Origin: a virus
Strand: one strand, 5' to 3'
Virus record (IMG/VR): IMGVR_UViG_3300025732_000018
Length of the DNA stretch: 64,000 nt
A model generated the notes under the pieces. The model had not been told where the DNA came from, made no database searches, and worked only from the letters and a program-made list of their open reading frames with translations. Made by a program: the position numbers and the translations under genes. Numbering within the stretch: position 1 is the stretch's first letter; the number at the start of each line of letters is the position of its first letter. Below, one piece after another: positions 37,726 through 48,011 of this stretch.

Positions 37726-39185
37726 TGACTGACGTTATAATAAAGAAGCTCAACGACGTCTACTGCAAGGTTATCTCTGACACTGGGATAGCTCAAGAGC
37801 TCAGCGACTTGTTTACGTTCATGGTTCCTGGTGCAAAGTTCATGCCCCAGGTTCGTAACAAGTTCTGGGACGGTAAGATTCGCCTCTTTAATATGATGAA
37901 CAAGACGATATACGCCGGACTGACCTCCGAGATAGTGAAGTTCTGCGAGCTGAGAAGCTACACGTGCGAGGTCGACCCAGACCTGCAGATCCAGTTCTCA
38001 GTGGACGACGACTACCTCAACGACCTCATCAAGGAGCTGAAGGTAAAGCACGAGCCTCGCGACTACCAGCGAGAGGCCTTCATACACGCCGTCAATAACA
38101 ACCGCTCAGTTCTTCTCTCTCCTACGGGATCAGGTAAGTCTCTCATAATCTACCTGCTGACGCGTCACTACATGCTTGAGAACAAGCGAGTACTCGTCGT
38201 GGTTCCTACGACGTCGCTGGTTCACCAGATGAGGTCTGACTTCATCGACTACAACAACGGTAAGGACCTCGACATTCACATCATCATGTCAGGTCACGAG
38301 AAAGATACTCAGTCCGACATCACCATCACCACGTGGCAGTCGATCTTTAAGATGCCGATGGAGTGGTTCGAGAGGTTCAACGTAGTCATCGGTGACGAGG
38401 CTCATCTCTTCAAGGCCAAGTCTCTCACCGACATCATGACCAAGCTGGTAGACTGCCCGCACAGGTTTGGATTCACGGGAACGCTCGACGGCGCTCTGAC
38501 AAACAAGATGATCCTAGAGGGTCTGTTTGGTCCGGTTCATAAGGTCACGTCTACCAAGCAGCTTATGGACGACGAGCATCTGTCGACTCTCAGCATCAGC
38601 GTCATACGTCTAAAGTACACGGACGAGGAGAGAAAGCTTCTGAAGGGAGCTTCCTATCAAGATGAGATAGACTGGCTGGTTAGACACGAGCGTCGAAACG
38701 ACTTCATAACGAACATGGTAAAGTATGGTCTAAAAGAAAATACTCTTGTGCTGTTTCAATATGTTGACAAACATGGCAAAGTATTGTATGATAAGATAAG
38801 TGCCGCCGTGGGAGACAAGAGGAAGGTGTACTTTATCCATGGAGGAGTTGAGGCCGAGGAGCGAGAGCAGATAAGAGCTATCGTCGAGGCTGATAGCAGC
38901 GCGATCATCATAGCTAGCTACGGGACGTTCTCTACCGGTGTCAACATTAAGAACCTTCATAACGTGGTGTTCGCCTCTCCGACTAAGTCTAGGGTGAGGT
39001 CTCTTCAGTCCATCGGTCGCGGCCTAAGAATAACTGACACCAAGAAGACTGCAAAGCTATACGACTTCGCCGACGACTTGATCTATAAGTCACACGTCAA
39101 CCACACTATGAAGCACTTTATGGAGAGGGTGAAGATATATGACGAAGAAAAGTTCGACTACGTGGTAATAAACAGAGAGCTCTAA
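37725..39185 (+). CDS. uvsW: DNA helicase UvsW
   Basis: WDGKIRLF, SPTGSGKS, GDEAH and LQSIGRGLR. Confidence 0.95.
   Translation: MTDVIIKKLNDVYCKVISDTGIAQELSDLFTFMVPGAKFMPQVRNKFWDGKIRLFNMMNKTIYAGLTSEIVKFCELRSYTCEVDPDLQIQFSVDDDYLNDLIKELKVKHEPRDYQREAFIHAVNNNRSVLLSPTGSGKSLIIYLLTRHYMLENKRVLVVVPTTSLVHQMRSDFIDYNNGKDLDIHIIMSGHEKDTQSDITITTWQSIFKMPMEWFERFNVVIGDEAHLFKAKSLTDIMTKLVDCPHRFGFTGTLDGALTNKMILEGLFGPVHKVTSTKQLMDDEHLSTLSISVIRLKYTDEERKLLKGASYQDEIDWLVRHERRNDFITNMVKYGLKENTLVLFQYVDKHGKVLYDKISAAVGDKRKVYFIHGGVEAEEREQIRAIVEADSSAIIIASYGTFSTGVNIKNLHNVVFASPTKSRVRSLQSIGRGLRITDTKKTAKLYDFADDLIYKSHVNHTMKHFMERVKIYDEEKFDYVVINREL
38764..38792 (+). promoter_or_regulatory. Intragenic sigma70-like promoter
   Basis: TTGACA-17-TATGAT inside uvsW. 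Confidence 0.55.
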
Positions 39186-39541
39186 TGGCAACCATAATGC
39201 ACCTGTCCGATGGGACTATGATCATGGGAGAGATCGAGGAATCGAGCTCCGGAAAAAAAGCCTTGACATTAAAGAATCCAATTGAGATAATAATGTCTAT
39301 GTCCTCCGAAGAGTCTTACGTATTCTATGGAAGACTCTGGATGCCGTTCGTAGATCAGCAGCAAATTACTCTCAACGCTGATCACGTCATAGCCTTTGGA
39401 ACTCCTACAGAAAAAGTTATGAAGTACTACACAAAGTTAATAGCTGAACCAGAAGAGCAAGAAGAGAAAGCGCAGCTTGACTCAGAAGACCTGAGCGAGG
39501 CCGTAGAACTTCTAGCCAAGCAGAAAGGGAGATACCACTGA
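39185..39541 (+). CDS. Hypothetical protein (Sm-like fold likely) upstream of gp55
   Basis: LSDGTMIMGEI...LKNPI...WMPF pattern; usual position in T4-like phages. Confidence 0.65.
   Translation: MATIMHLSDGTMIMGEIEESSSGKKALTLKNPIEIIMSMSSEESYVFYGRLWMPFVDQQQITLNADHVIAFGTPTEKVMKYYTKLIAEPEEQEEKAQLDSEDLSEAVELLAKQKGRYH
39263..39291 (+). promoter_or_regulatory. Intragenic sigma70-like promoter upstream of gp55
   Basis: TTGACA-17-GATAAT. Confidence 0.55.
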
Positions 39542-40101
39542 TGGAAGCTCCCATGAAGAAAGTACCTAGACACTACGTAGACAATAAGAAGTTCTACACC
39601 GCTATCATAAAGTACAAGCAGGACGTCAAGCACGCCGAGGAGCACGGCCTTGAGAAGCCTCGGATTCCTAACTACGTCGGAGAGTGTCTTCTTAACATCG
39701 CCAACCGTCTCTCGACGAGACCCAACTTCGTTAACTATCCCTTCAGGGAGGAGATGGTGTCCGACGGTATCGAGAACTGTCTTCAGTACTTTGATAACTT
39801 TAATCCTGAGAAGACGAGTAACCCGTTCTCATACTTTACTCAGATCATATACTACGCCTTTCTTCGACGCATCCACAAGGAGAAGCGTCAGCTGTACGTC
39901 AAGTACAAGACCCTTCAGAACCTTCACGTAATGGGAATGCTGGCGGCTCAAGGCGACGCTGACGACGCCAAGAGCGTTGACTTCATATCAGCTAACAACG
40001 AGTACATGGATAACCTAGTTAGATCCATCGAGAGCAAGATGAAGGTAAAGAAAGAAGTTAAACCTAAGACAGTGATGAGAAAGTTCTATGATAAAGAGTA
40101 A
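39541..40101 (+). CDS. gp55: Late-transcription sigma factor gp55
   Basis: HYVDNKKF, EMVSDGIENC and NPFSYFTQIIYYAFLRRI.KEK. Confidence 0.95.
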   Translation: MEAPMKKVPRHYVDNKKFYTAIIKYKQDVKHAEEHGLEKPRIPNYVGECLLNIANRLSTRPNFVNYPFREEMVSDGIENCLQYFDNFNPEKTSNPFSYFTQIIYYAFLRRIHKEKRQLYVKYKTLQNLHVMGMLAAQGDADDAKSVDFISANNEYMDNLVRSIESKMKVKKEVKPKTVMRKFYDKE

Positions 40102-40276
40102 GATGCACCTGGTGCCGCAAGTGATCATTGATGTGGCGGAGTCCATTAAAGACAATGGTAACCCGAACTCACGCGAGATGTACATGGCTAGAATTGAAGC
40201 TATCAAAGACTTCTGCGAGTACGTGATAGCTAGAGAGAAAGCAGCCAAGTCGATCTCTGCAGTCAAGAGAAAGTAA
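40088..40276 (+). CDS. Hypothetical protein
   Basis: Fills the gp55-gp47 gap and overlaps both neighbours. Confidence 0.55.
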   Translation: MIKSKMHLVPQVIIDVAESIKDNGNPNSREMYMARIEAIKDFCEYVIAREKAAKSISAVKRK

Positions 40277-41346
40277 TGAAGGTAGCTCTTATAACAGACA
40301 CACACTGGGGTGTTCGCAACGACAGTCAGGTCTTTCTAGAAGCCAACCGTCGCTTCATGAACGACATCTTCTTTCCTAAGCTGATGGAAGAAGGAATCCA
40401 GCACGTCATCCACCTCGGAGACCTGGTCGACCGCCGTAAGTACATCAACTTCAATACGGCTAGAAGACTTCGCCACGACTTCCTTGAGCCCCTTAATTCA
40501 AGGGGCGACATTAAGGAGGTGCACATCATAGCCGGTAACCACGACACCTACTATAAGAACACGAACGAGATCAACGCCCTCCGCGAGCTGACACACGGCT
40601 ACGAGAAGATCAACATCTACGACGCTAACCCAGTAGAGATAAACATCGGCGGTCTGGACATCTTGCTTCTACCGTGGATCTGCGACGAGAACAGGAAGGA
40701 GACTCTCGATGCTATCAAAAGAACCAAGGCGCAAGTCGCTATGGGACACCTTGAGCTACAAGGTTTTGAGATGTATAGAGGAAGCATGGTCAGTCACGGT
40801 GACGATCCTGGTCTCTTTGATCGCTTTGATCTTGTTTGTTCTGGGCATTACCATCATCGCTCCTCTTCTGGTAGCATTCATTATCTTGGCTCTCATGCTG
40901 AGTTTACATGGAGCGATTACAATGATGCTCGGGGGTTCCACATCCTCGACACCGAGACGAGAGAACTAGAGTTCATCGAGAACCCTTATAGGATGTTCGA
41001 GAAGATCTTCTACGACGACTCTGAGATGAGCATAGATGAGATTAACTCTCGTGACTTTGACATGTACAGGGGAATGTGTCTCAAGGTCGTCATCAAGAAC
41101 AAGACCAATCCTTATATGTTCGACATGTTCATCGACCGACTAGAGAAAGTAAACCCGGCAGATCTCCAGATCGTCGAGGACCACCTCAACCTCGGTCTAG
41201 TCGAGGACGAGGATATAGTCGATGAGGCAGAAGATACGTTGACAATTTTTAGAAAGTATGTTAATAATATGACTATAGACGTCAGCAAAGAGAAGCTGAA
41301 CAAGACCATTACAGAGGTCTACGCCGAAGCTCTTGAGTTAAAGTGA
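40276..41346 (+). CDS. gp47: Recombination endonuclease subunit gp47 (Mre11-like)
   Basis: DTHWG, HLGDLVDRR, GNHD and SGHYH. Confidence 0.93.
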   Translation: MKVALITDTHWGVRNDSQVFLEANRRFMNDIFFPKLMEEGIQHVIHLGDLVDRRKYINFNTARRLRHDFLEPLNSRGDIKEVHIIAGNHDTYYKNTNEINALRELTHGYEKINIYDANPVEINIGGLDILLLPWICDENRKETLDAIKRTKAQVAMGHLELQGFEMYRGSMVSHGDDPGLFDRFDLVCSGHYHHRSSSGSIHYLGSHAEFTWSDYNDARGFHILDTETRELEFIENPYRMFEKIFYDDSEMSIDEINSRDFDMYRGMCLKVVIKNKTNPYMFDMFIDRLEKVNPADLQIVEDHLNLGLVEDEDIVDEAEDTLTIFRKYVNNMTIDVSKEKLNKTITEVYAEALELK

Positions 41347-41349
41347 CAT

Positions 41350-43062
41350 ATGATCTTATTTAAGAAGATAAGGTGGAAGAACTTTCTTTCCACCGGAAAC
41401 ACGTTTACTGAGGTTGACTTTAACGCGTCTAACCTCACTCTCATAGTTGGAGACAACGGGGCAGGGAAGTCGACCATCCTCGACGCTCTCTGCTTCTCGC
41501 TGTTTAACAAGCCGTTCAGAAAGATCAACAAGCCTCAGCTGATAAACACAATCAACGGTAAAGACGCCGTAGTCGAGATCGAGTTCTCCGTAGGAAAGAA
41601 GAACTACAAGATTGTGCGCGGCTTGAAGCCGAACACTTTTGAGATCTATCTAGACGGAGCTATGGTCAATCAGGACGCAGACAAGCGCGACTATCAAGAC
41701 GTGCTTGAGAAGCAGATCTTGAAGCTTAACTTCAAGTCTTTCTGTCAGGTAGTGATCCTAGGATCGGCGTCGTTCGTTCCGTTCATGCAGCTTCCGACCG
41801 GCTCTAGACGAGAGATCATCGAGGACCTTCTCGACCTTCAGATATTCTCTCAGATGAACTCGGTGCTCAAGAAGAAGATAACTGAGAACAACGAGAAGAT
41901 CATCAGACAAGACTCTAGCAAGGACGGTCTCGAGCGCCTTATCGATGTCTCTAAGGAGCACATCAAGAAGATGCAAGAGAGCAACGAGAAGCTAGTGCAA
42001 GAGAAGTTGGATAGAATAGAGCAGACAGACAAAGAGATACAGAAGTACTCGTCGATCTACCATGACGTCGAAGAAGAGATCCAGTCTCTAGAGGTCGGAC
42101 TTGACGAGGAGTACTCTCTATCAAAGAAAGCCAGCAAGCTGGAGTCGCTCAGACACCAGATAGAAGCACGTGTAAAGATCATCAGCGGTGACCTCGAGTT
42201 CTTTACTAACAACGATGAGTGTCCAACCTGCAAGCAGCTCATCCTAGAGACACACAAGGCTGCCATGGTCGGGGAGAAGAGCGAGAAGCTAGTTGAGCTC
42301 AACGACGGTATCTCTAAGCTCGCTCTTGAGTACGACGAGACCAAGAAGCGCTTCGAAGAAGTTCTTAAGGTGAAGACCGCAGTCAACTCCAAGAAGATGG
42401 AGCTTCACAAGCATATGACGCAGGTTAACTCTCTCTTGAACTACAAGGAGATGCTCGAGAGGGAGATAAAGCAGACCGCGTCAGCCGACAACGTAGAGGA
42501 CGAGCTCAAGAAGATTGAGCAGCTACAGTCTGATCTTGACGAGGCGGTCAGAGCTTATAACGAGCTGGTAGAGGACGGTAAGGTATTCAACGTGGCGGCT
42601 GCGCTGATGCGAGACGACGGTATCAAGGCCAGGATCATTCGTCAGTACGTACCGATAATAAATAAGTTCATCAATAAGTATTTAGCTGCTATGGACTTCT
42701 TCGTCAACTTTGAATTGGATGAGAACTTCAATGAGACTATCAAGTCACGCTTTAGAGACGAGTTCTCTTACGCATCTTTCTCTGAGGGCGAGAAGATGCG
42801 CATTAATCTGGCTATCCTCTTTACATGGCGCGCGATCAGTAAGCTTCGAAACAGCGCTTCTACTAACCTTCTTATTATGGATGAAGTACTCGACGGCTCT
42901 CTTGACAGCAATGGCACGGATGAGTTTCTAAAGATCTTAGCCGGTCTAGTGACAGACACTAACACCTACGTCATCAGTCATAAGACCGACCAGCTCTACG
43001 ATAAGTTTACTAATGTCTTAAAGTTTGAGAAGCATAAGAACTTCTCGAGGATTGCCACGTGA
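41350..43062 (+). CDS. gp46: Recombination ATPase gp46 (Rad50-like)
   Basis: GDNGAGKST, CPTC hook, FSEGEK and IMDEVLD. Confidence 0.95.
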   Translation: MILFKKIRWKNFLSTGNTFTEVDFNASNLTLIVGDNGAGKSTILDALCFSLFNKPFRKINKPQLINTINGKDAVVEIEFSVGKKNYKIVRGLKPNTFEIYLDGAMVNQDADKRDYQDVLEKQILKLNFKSFCQVVILGSASFVPFMQLPTGSRREIIEDLLDLQIFSQMNSVLKKKITENNEKIIRQDSSKDGLERLIDVSKEHIKKMQESNEKLVQEKLDRIEQTDKEIQKYSSIYHDVEEEIQSLEVGLDEEYSLSKKASKLESLRHQIEARVKIISGDLEFFTNNDECPTCKQLILETHKAAMVGEKSEKLVELNDGISKLALEYDETKKRFEEVLKVKTAVNSKKMELHKHMTQVNSLLNYKEMLEREIKQTASADNVEDELKKIEQLQSDLDEAVRAYNELVEDGKVFNVAAALMRDDGIKARIIRQYVPIINKFINKYLAAMDFFVNFELDENFNETIKSRFRDEFSYASFSEGEKMRINLAILFTWRAISKLRNSASTNLLIMDEVLDGSLDSNGTDEFLKILAGLVTDTNTYVISHKTDQLYDKFTNVLKFEKHKNFSRIAT

Positions 43063-44138
43063 GTGAAGAACCTGGACTAGTTCTATTTACTAGTAAGAAG
43101 CTCAATATAACTGACATAGGACTTCCTCTATGGATACCTCGCAAGTATCCGTGGGAGAGAAGTGTCAATAGAATAAACCATGAACTCGGTAAGATCACCG
43201 ACGCGTTCAACTACACAATATCTTGTGAGACTATAGAAGAGATCCTTAGGGACGAGCCTCAGAACAACAAGACTTTCGAGGAGCAAGCGTTCTCTACAGC
43301 CCTTGACATCAAGAGAAAGACGGGAGACTCTAGGGTCTATCTCATGTACAGTGGAGGCATAGACAGCACTTCTGCTCTAGTGTCTTTCATGGAGACGTGG
43401 GGCGACGACCTAGAGAGACTTCACATAGCGATGTCGTATAGGTCGATCGACGAGTTTCCAGAGATGTGGCCTCTCATAAACTCTAAGTTCAAGGGAAGAA
43501 TACATAACTCCTTAGCTGACACTGAGGAGTACTACAAGAGAGGATACGTCGTGACTGGAGAGCATGGAGACCAGATCTTTGGGAGCGACGTATTGTTTAA
43601 GGTGGTCGATACTTACGGAGAAGCCGGTATCCACATGAAGTGGAAGAATAACATAGACATGGTGTATCGTCGTATGTTTGGGATCCCATTTGCTCCGCAC
43701 ATATCCGACTTCATCGACAGACACTGCCAAGGAATAAAGCACTCTCCAGTTCCTATAAGATCGTGCTACGACTGGGTTTGGTGGTTTAACTTTGTAAACA
43801 AGTGGCAGTTCGTCAAATATAGACTTCTTGCTACTAAGCAACACAGCGATGCTAAGTTACACTTTAGCAAGATCATAAACTTCTATGATACACCATCTTG
43901 GCAGAGGTGGAGTATGGACAACCATCACCTTAAGATCAAGGGTACGATGTTGTCTTATAAATATGCAGCGAAGAAGTTTATTGTAGACAAGACTGGCTTC
44001 ATAGACTACATTAATAAGCCTAAGGTCGGAAGCCTTCAGTACGTCAAGTCTAACTTTATGTCTCCAGACGGCATAGATACTAATCTAGATATAATGCCTC
44101 TTGAGAGATGCTTGGAGTTCGTTAACAATGATCAATGA
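43059..44138 (+). CDS. PP-loop ATP pyrophosphatase (asparagine-synthetase C-domain-like), paralog A
   Basis: YSGGIDS PP-loop and VTGEHGDQIFG. Confidence 0.7.
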   Translation: MSEEPGLVLFTSKKLNITDIGLPLWIPRKYPWERSVNRINHELGKITDAFNYTISCETIEEILRDEPQNNKTFEEQAFSTALDIKRKTGDSRVYLMYSGGIDSTSALVSFMETWGDDLERLHIAMSYRSIDEFPEMWPLINSKFKGRIHNSLADTEEYYKRGYVVTGEHGDQIFGSDVLFKVVDTYGEAGIHMKWKNNIDMVYRRMFGIPFAPHISDFIDRHCQGIKHSPVPIRSCYDWVWWFNFVNKWQFVKYRLLATKQHSDAKLHFSKIINFYDTPSWQRWSMDNHHLKIKGTMLSYKYAAKKFIVDKTGFIDYINKPKVGSLQYVKSNFMSPDGIDTNLDIMPLERCLEFVNNDQ

Positions 44139-44712
44139 GTATGTGGTCTACGTTGGGCATGACAATAGAATAGTTCACGCCGCGCACAACACTTCTATCT
44201 ATGTTCCAATAGTATACGAGAAGATTCTGTACTACTACATGGACTCTTTACCTCCCACAATGGACATATACGACTACTCCGTCATAAAGAAAGACGGAAA
44301 GAACACCTATATGAAGAGACTCGACATTACTGATCATATTCTAAAGGTGACTGAGAGTCAGAGAAACATAATTCGTATACTTGAAGACATGAATGACTTC
44401 TCTCGCTTCTACATGAGGGCGTACGAGACTAACTACGTGTCAAGGTACATGAACTTCTTTCTCTATGAAGAGATAGATGAGTATAAGAAGACTGGAGTAG
44501 TAGGTCCAATCTTAACATCGCTTAAAGACATTGATGACAGTTATAGCATTGACGATGTCGTAGATCGTGAGTCGATGAAGAGACAAGACGTGAAAAACAT
44601 GTTATCTTATCTTAACTCTGTAGAAGCTAAGGTACGAAAACTAATTAAGAAAGAAAAGTATGATGAGGCCTCGTTCTTCATCACCAAGGAGAGAGGTAAG
44701 ACGAGATGGTAA
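44128..44712 (+). CDS. Hypothetical protein B
   Basis: Paralogous to 44706..45323 (EYKKTGVVGPIL, VRKLIKKEK). Start moved to ATG 44128 after a GGAG SD. Confidence 0.65.
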   Translation: MINEYVVYVGHDNRIVHAAHNTSIYVPIVYEKILYYYMDSLPPTMDIYDYSVIKKDGKNTYMKRLDITDHILKVTESQRNIIRILEDMNDFSRFYMRAYETNYVSRYMNFFLYEEIDEYKKTGVVGPILTSLKDIDDSYSIDDVVDRESMKRQDVKNMLSYLNSVEAKVRKLIKKEKYDEASFFITKERGKTRW

Positions 44713-45323
44713 GTGAATCGGACTCTTTCTATGGTGTGTTGATATACGCAGATACCGGCTCAAAGAAAAGAATCATTCGCGTAGTTCCTATGGAATATAG
44801 GAAAGCCAAGGTCTTAATGACCGGTGTGGCGACATACGTCTATCTTGGTGAGATAAGTCGCGACTGCATGGAGAACCCAAGTTACTACACCTATGACGTG
44901 CGAGAAGGATTGAAGTACGTAGGAGGTCCAATAGATGAGACGACCGAACAGAGACTGGTGTTGAAGAAGATCATGATTAGCTATCTAGAGAAGCTTGAGA
45001 ACGTCAAGCACATGTATAAAAGCGCGTTCATACGACCGATCATCGATGAGGACATTTACGACGCCCTCATCATATACGACGTCGGAGAGTACGAGAAGAG
45101 TGGTAAGATAAGCCCTCTCCTCCAGTCAATGTACAAGGAGAACAAAAAGTTCACCAACATGGACGTATACGTCGGCTTCATAAAGCAGCGCTATGAGGAT
45201 CTGAACTACCAGATGGCGTATCTCTATAAGTTTGAGAGAACGGTAAAAAAGCTTATCAAGAAGAAGAAGTTCTCTCTCGCTAACCAGCTATTGAACGCAG
45301 AGTTCGAGAAAAGAATGCTCTGA
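44706..45323 (+). CDS. Hypothetical protein B'
   Basis: EYEKSGKISPLL and VKKLIKKKK; paralog of B. Confidence 0.65.
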   Translation: MVSESDSFYGVLIYADTGSKKRIIRVVPMEYRKAKVLMTGVATYVYLGEISRDCMENPSYYTYDVREGLKYVGGPIDETTEQRLVLKKIMISYLEKLENVKHMYKSAFIRPIIDEDIYDALIIYDVGEYEKSGKISPLLQSMYKENKKFTNMDVYVGFIKQRYEDLNYQMAYLYKFERTVKKLIKKKKFSLANQLLNAEFEKRML

Positions 45324-46360
45324 TGGGGATCATCCTCTACACTTATCCGTTCAAAGATAAGACTCTCAGGTTCGAGAGACCATGGTGTCCTACCGTGTAT
45401 CCGTACACGCAGTCAGTGAACCGCGTCCGAACTGGTCTAGATCCGTTCGAGTACACTAACCTGTGCGAGAGCATAGTAGAGATCAAGAGCCTACCCCAGT
45501 CGAAGAAGACGTTCTCAGAGATGTGCTTTGAGACAGCCGACCGCTTAAACAAGACCATTGACAAAAAAATGTACTTGTACTATAGTGGTGGAATGGACAG
45601 CGCCGCTGCTCTTCTTTCATTTAGAAAGATGATGTCAAAACAAGACCTTGAGAAGCTCTATATCGTGGCTTCTCACCATAGCATGCTAGAGTTTCCAGAG
45701 TTGTGGACTGAGATACACTATCAGTTTGCTGGTAGGATCATCAGTTCGTATGCTAATATGGAAGACTTGGCGACCGATGGTGTAGTTATAACGGGTCAAC
45801 ACGCAGACCATCTTCTTGGGTCCGATAACATCAGGAGAGTGTATAACACGCACGGAAACGAAGGAATAACTATGCCGTGGAGAGACGCGATGCTCCCCAT
45901 ATATACGGCTCAGTTCGGTGCAGAGACCGCTAGAAATTTCATTGATGTGTACGGAGAGACTACGTGTGAGTGCCCTTTCCCGATAGTCACTGCATTTGAC
46001 TGGGTGTGGTGGTTCGGCTTCACTAATAAGTGGCAGCATGCCAGATACAAGTTTCTAGGTTATAAGCCATGGAAGAATCCAAAGAAAACATATAAGAACG
46101 TCGTTCACTTCTTTGACACACCAGAGTGGCAGAAGTGGAGCCTGGACAATCACGACTTGAAAGTAGTGACTAACATAAAAGACTACAAGCACACGATACG
46201 CTCTTTTGTAATAGACGAGAGTGGTCATAAGTCATACGTAAAAAAGAAGAAAGAATCTAGTCTTAGAATGCTCTGGTATAACAAAGAGTTTTGCTATGGT
46301 GTGGCAGATGACTTTAGCGAGCTTACCAAGTATCAAAGCCTAGAGTTCATAGGTAGGTGA
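45323..46360 (+). CDS. PP-loop ATP pyrophosphatase (asparagine-synthetase C-domain-like), paralog A'
   Basis: YSGGMDS, ITGQHADHLLG and DWVWWFGFTNKWQ, shared with paralog A. Confidence 0.7.
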   Translation: MGIILYTYPFKDKTLRFERPWCPTVYPYTQSVNRVRTGLDPFEYTNLCESIVEIKSLPQSKKTFSEMCFETADRLNKTIDKKMYLYYSGGMDSAAALLSFRKMMSKQDLEKLYIVASHHSMLEFPELWTEIHYQFAGRIISSYANMEDLATDGVVITGQHADHLLGSDNIRRVYNTHGNEGITMPWRDAMLPIYTAQFGAETARNFIDVYGETTCECPFPIVTAFDWVWWFGFTNKWQHARYKFLGYKPWKNPKKTYKNVVHFFDTPEWQKWSLDNHDLKVVTNIKDYKHTIRSFVIDESGHKSYVKKKKESSLRMLWYNKEFCYGVADDFSELTKYQSLEFIGR

Positions 46361-46364
46361 AAAG

Positions 46365-47042
46365 ATGATTATTAAAACCGGAAAGACAAACGAGAGAATC
46401 GACCTTACGCATACCATGTACCCATGTGTGGCCTATATGGTTCGCGGTGAACTTCAGTCGTTCGAGCATAAGCACTCGACCGTCTACGGGTTTACGACTA
46501 AAGGTGCGAGGATATGCCTCACTGATGAGAGTCGTGACTTCGAAGAGATCGTACTTAAGAAGAATAGTTACTTCTGTATTCCAGTTCGTGGAAACGACGT
46601 GACTATCGAGAGCGACGAGTGCTTCGCTGTGTTTAAGCTAGGCTTCAATGGAATGGAGGCGTACGGTCGCCACCGGGACGAGCTAGGTCGTCTGTCTTAC
46701 ATCGACGGATGCTCTGACTCGCTTCTAGCGTTTCCACCTCGTCTTGGAGACCCGTCACTCAACTACCTCTACTTTCCACCGGGCATCGACCAGTCGTTCC
46801 ATACTCATCCGAGCATCCGAATCGGCTGTGTCATTCAGGGTTCTGGTAAGTCGAGTCTTCGTGACAAAGAGATCGACCTGGTTCCAGGAGTCATGTTTGC
46901 TCTTGAAGAGAAAGAGCTTCATCGGTTCAGAACTTCTGCCTCTGGAGATGTCATGAAGATCATAGCTTTCCATCCAGATGGAGACTGGGGTCCTACAGAT
47001 GAAAACCACACTATGCTTAACAGGACTTATATAGCGAAGTAA
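46365..47042 (+). CDS. Cupin-domain protein
   Basis: QSFHTHPSIRIG...ELHRF metal-binding cupin motifs. Confidence 0.75.
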   Translation: MIIKTGKTNERIDLTHTMYPCVAYMVRGELQSFEHKHSTVYGFTTKGARICLTDESRDFEEIVLKKNSYFCIPVRGNDVTIESDECFAVFKLGFNGMEAYGRHRDELGRLSYIDGCSDSLLAFPPRLGDPSLNYLYFPPGIDQSFHTHPSIRIGCVIQGSGKSSLRDKEIDLVPGVMFALEEKELHRFRTSASGDVMKIIAFHPDGDWGPTDENHTMLNRTYIAK

Positions 47043-47233
47043 TGAGCATGTTTAAGGTATTGAACTACTTATACTATTCTAACATAAACATCAGTATCAA
47101 CTTGAACCCGGTCTTCTGGAAGCTTCGGGCCTTCTATGACCGTCCGAATGAGATAGATCCGGGATGTCACTTTTTCTGTTTACAAATATTGCCAATCCGT
47201 ATATCATTGATTATAGACAATGGTGACTACTAA
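47042..47233 (+). CDS. Hypothetical protein
   Basis: TAATG-coupled to the cupin gene; 63 aa. Confidence 0.5.
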   Translation: MSMFKVLNYLYYSNINISINLNPVFWKLRAFYDRPNEIDPGCHFFCLQILPIRISLIIDNGDY

Positions 47234-47241
47234 GGTGATAT

Positions 47242-47778
47242 ATGAACATATTCTATGTAGACGAGGACCCGGTCAAGGCAGCTCAGGCCCTCGTCGATAA
47301 GCACGTCGTCAAGATGATTCTTGAGTCGGCTCAGCTTCTATCCACTGCTCACCGAGTTTTGGACGGAGTCGAGTCGACTGCTCTGTCTAAGACCGGTCGC
47401 AAGAAAAAAGTATGGGCCCTCGGTGACAGCCGAGACTCTATCCTGTATCAAGCTACACACATCAACCATCCTTCAGCTGTATGGTGTCGCTACTCAGTCG
47501 AGAACTATCTCTGGCTGGTCGAGCACTTCTACGCTCTTCTTGACGAGTATACCTACCGCTACGGCAAGCGTCACAAGTGCTACGACTTAGCCTACACGCT
47601 TCAGTCGCCTCCGCACAACATGCGCCTGCACGAGGGTAGTCCCATGCCTTCAGCTATGGCTGACGAGTACAAGGTCGGATCAGACCCGTTGACAAATTAT
47701 CGTAACTATTATAAGTTTGGTAAATCATCCATGCATAAGTGGACCAAGCGACAACCTCCGGAGTGGATTGCAGCATGA
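47242..47778 (+). CDS. Pyrimidine-dimer DNA glycosylase (DenV-related) family protein
   Basis: MNIFY.D.DP..AA...DKHVVKMILESAQLLSTAH, THINHPS..W and YR.YY. Confidence 0.75.
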   Translation: MNIFYVDEDPVKAAQALVDKHVVKMILESAQLLSTAHRVLDGVESTALSKTGRKKKVWALGDSRDSILYQATHINHPSAVWCRYSVENYLWLVEHFYALLDEYTYRYGKRHKCYDLAYTLQSPPHNMRLHEGSPMPSAMADEYKVGSDPLTNYRNYYKFGKSSMHKWTKRQPPEWIAA

Positions 47779-48011
47779 AGAAGAGCAAGGACTATCTCGA
47801 GGGGTTCTATGACGGGTTTATGGCTGCACGCGTAAGCGGAGTTGTAACTCCTCAGCCGCCTACAGTAGACACTAAATGCCACGTATGTGGAATGGACTTT
47901 GCCAATAAGGTCTGGGGATATGTCTGTAATCATAATCAATGTCCAAGCAAGATGTCTTGGGCTGCTCGAGCAGCAACAGCAACTATGATGGGAAATAATA
48001 ATGAGTCGTGA
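47775..48011 (+). CDS. Hypothetical Zn-finger-like protein
   Basis: CHVC...CNHNQC; ATGA overlap with the upstream gene. Confidence 0.55.
   Translation: MKKSKDYLEGFYDGFMAARVSGVVTPQPPTVDTKCHVCGMDFANKVWGYVCNHNQCPSKMSWAARAATATMMGNNNES

Noticed and set aside
43956-43963. Intragenic TATAAATA as a late promoter (similar hits at 25102 and 58527)
   Set aside because: They lie inside coding sequence and could arise by chance; not listed as features without TSS data.
43059-47233. Lasso-peptide cluster or 7-deazaguanine (QueC) pathway
   Set aside because: No recognisable precursor, B1/B2 peptidase, QueC zinc-cysteine motif, or FolE/QueD/QueE/DpdA in the window.
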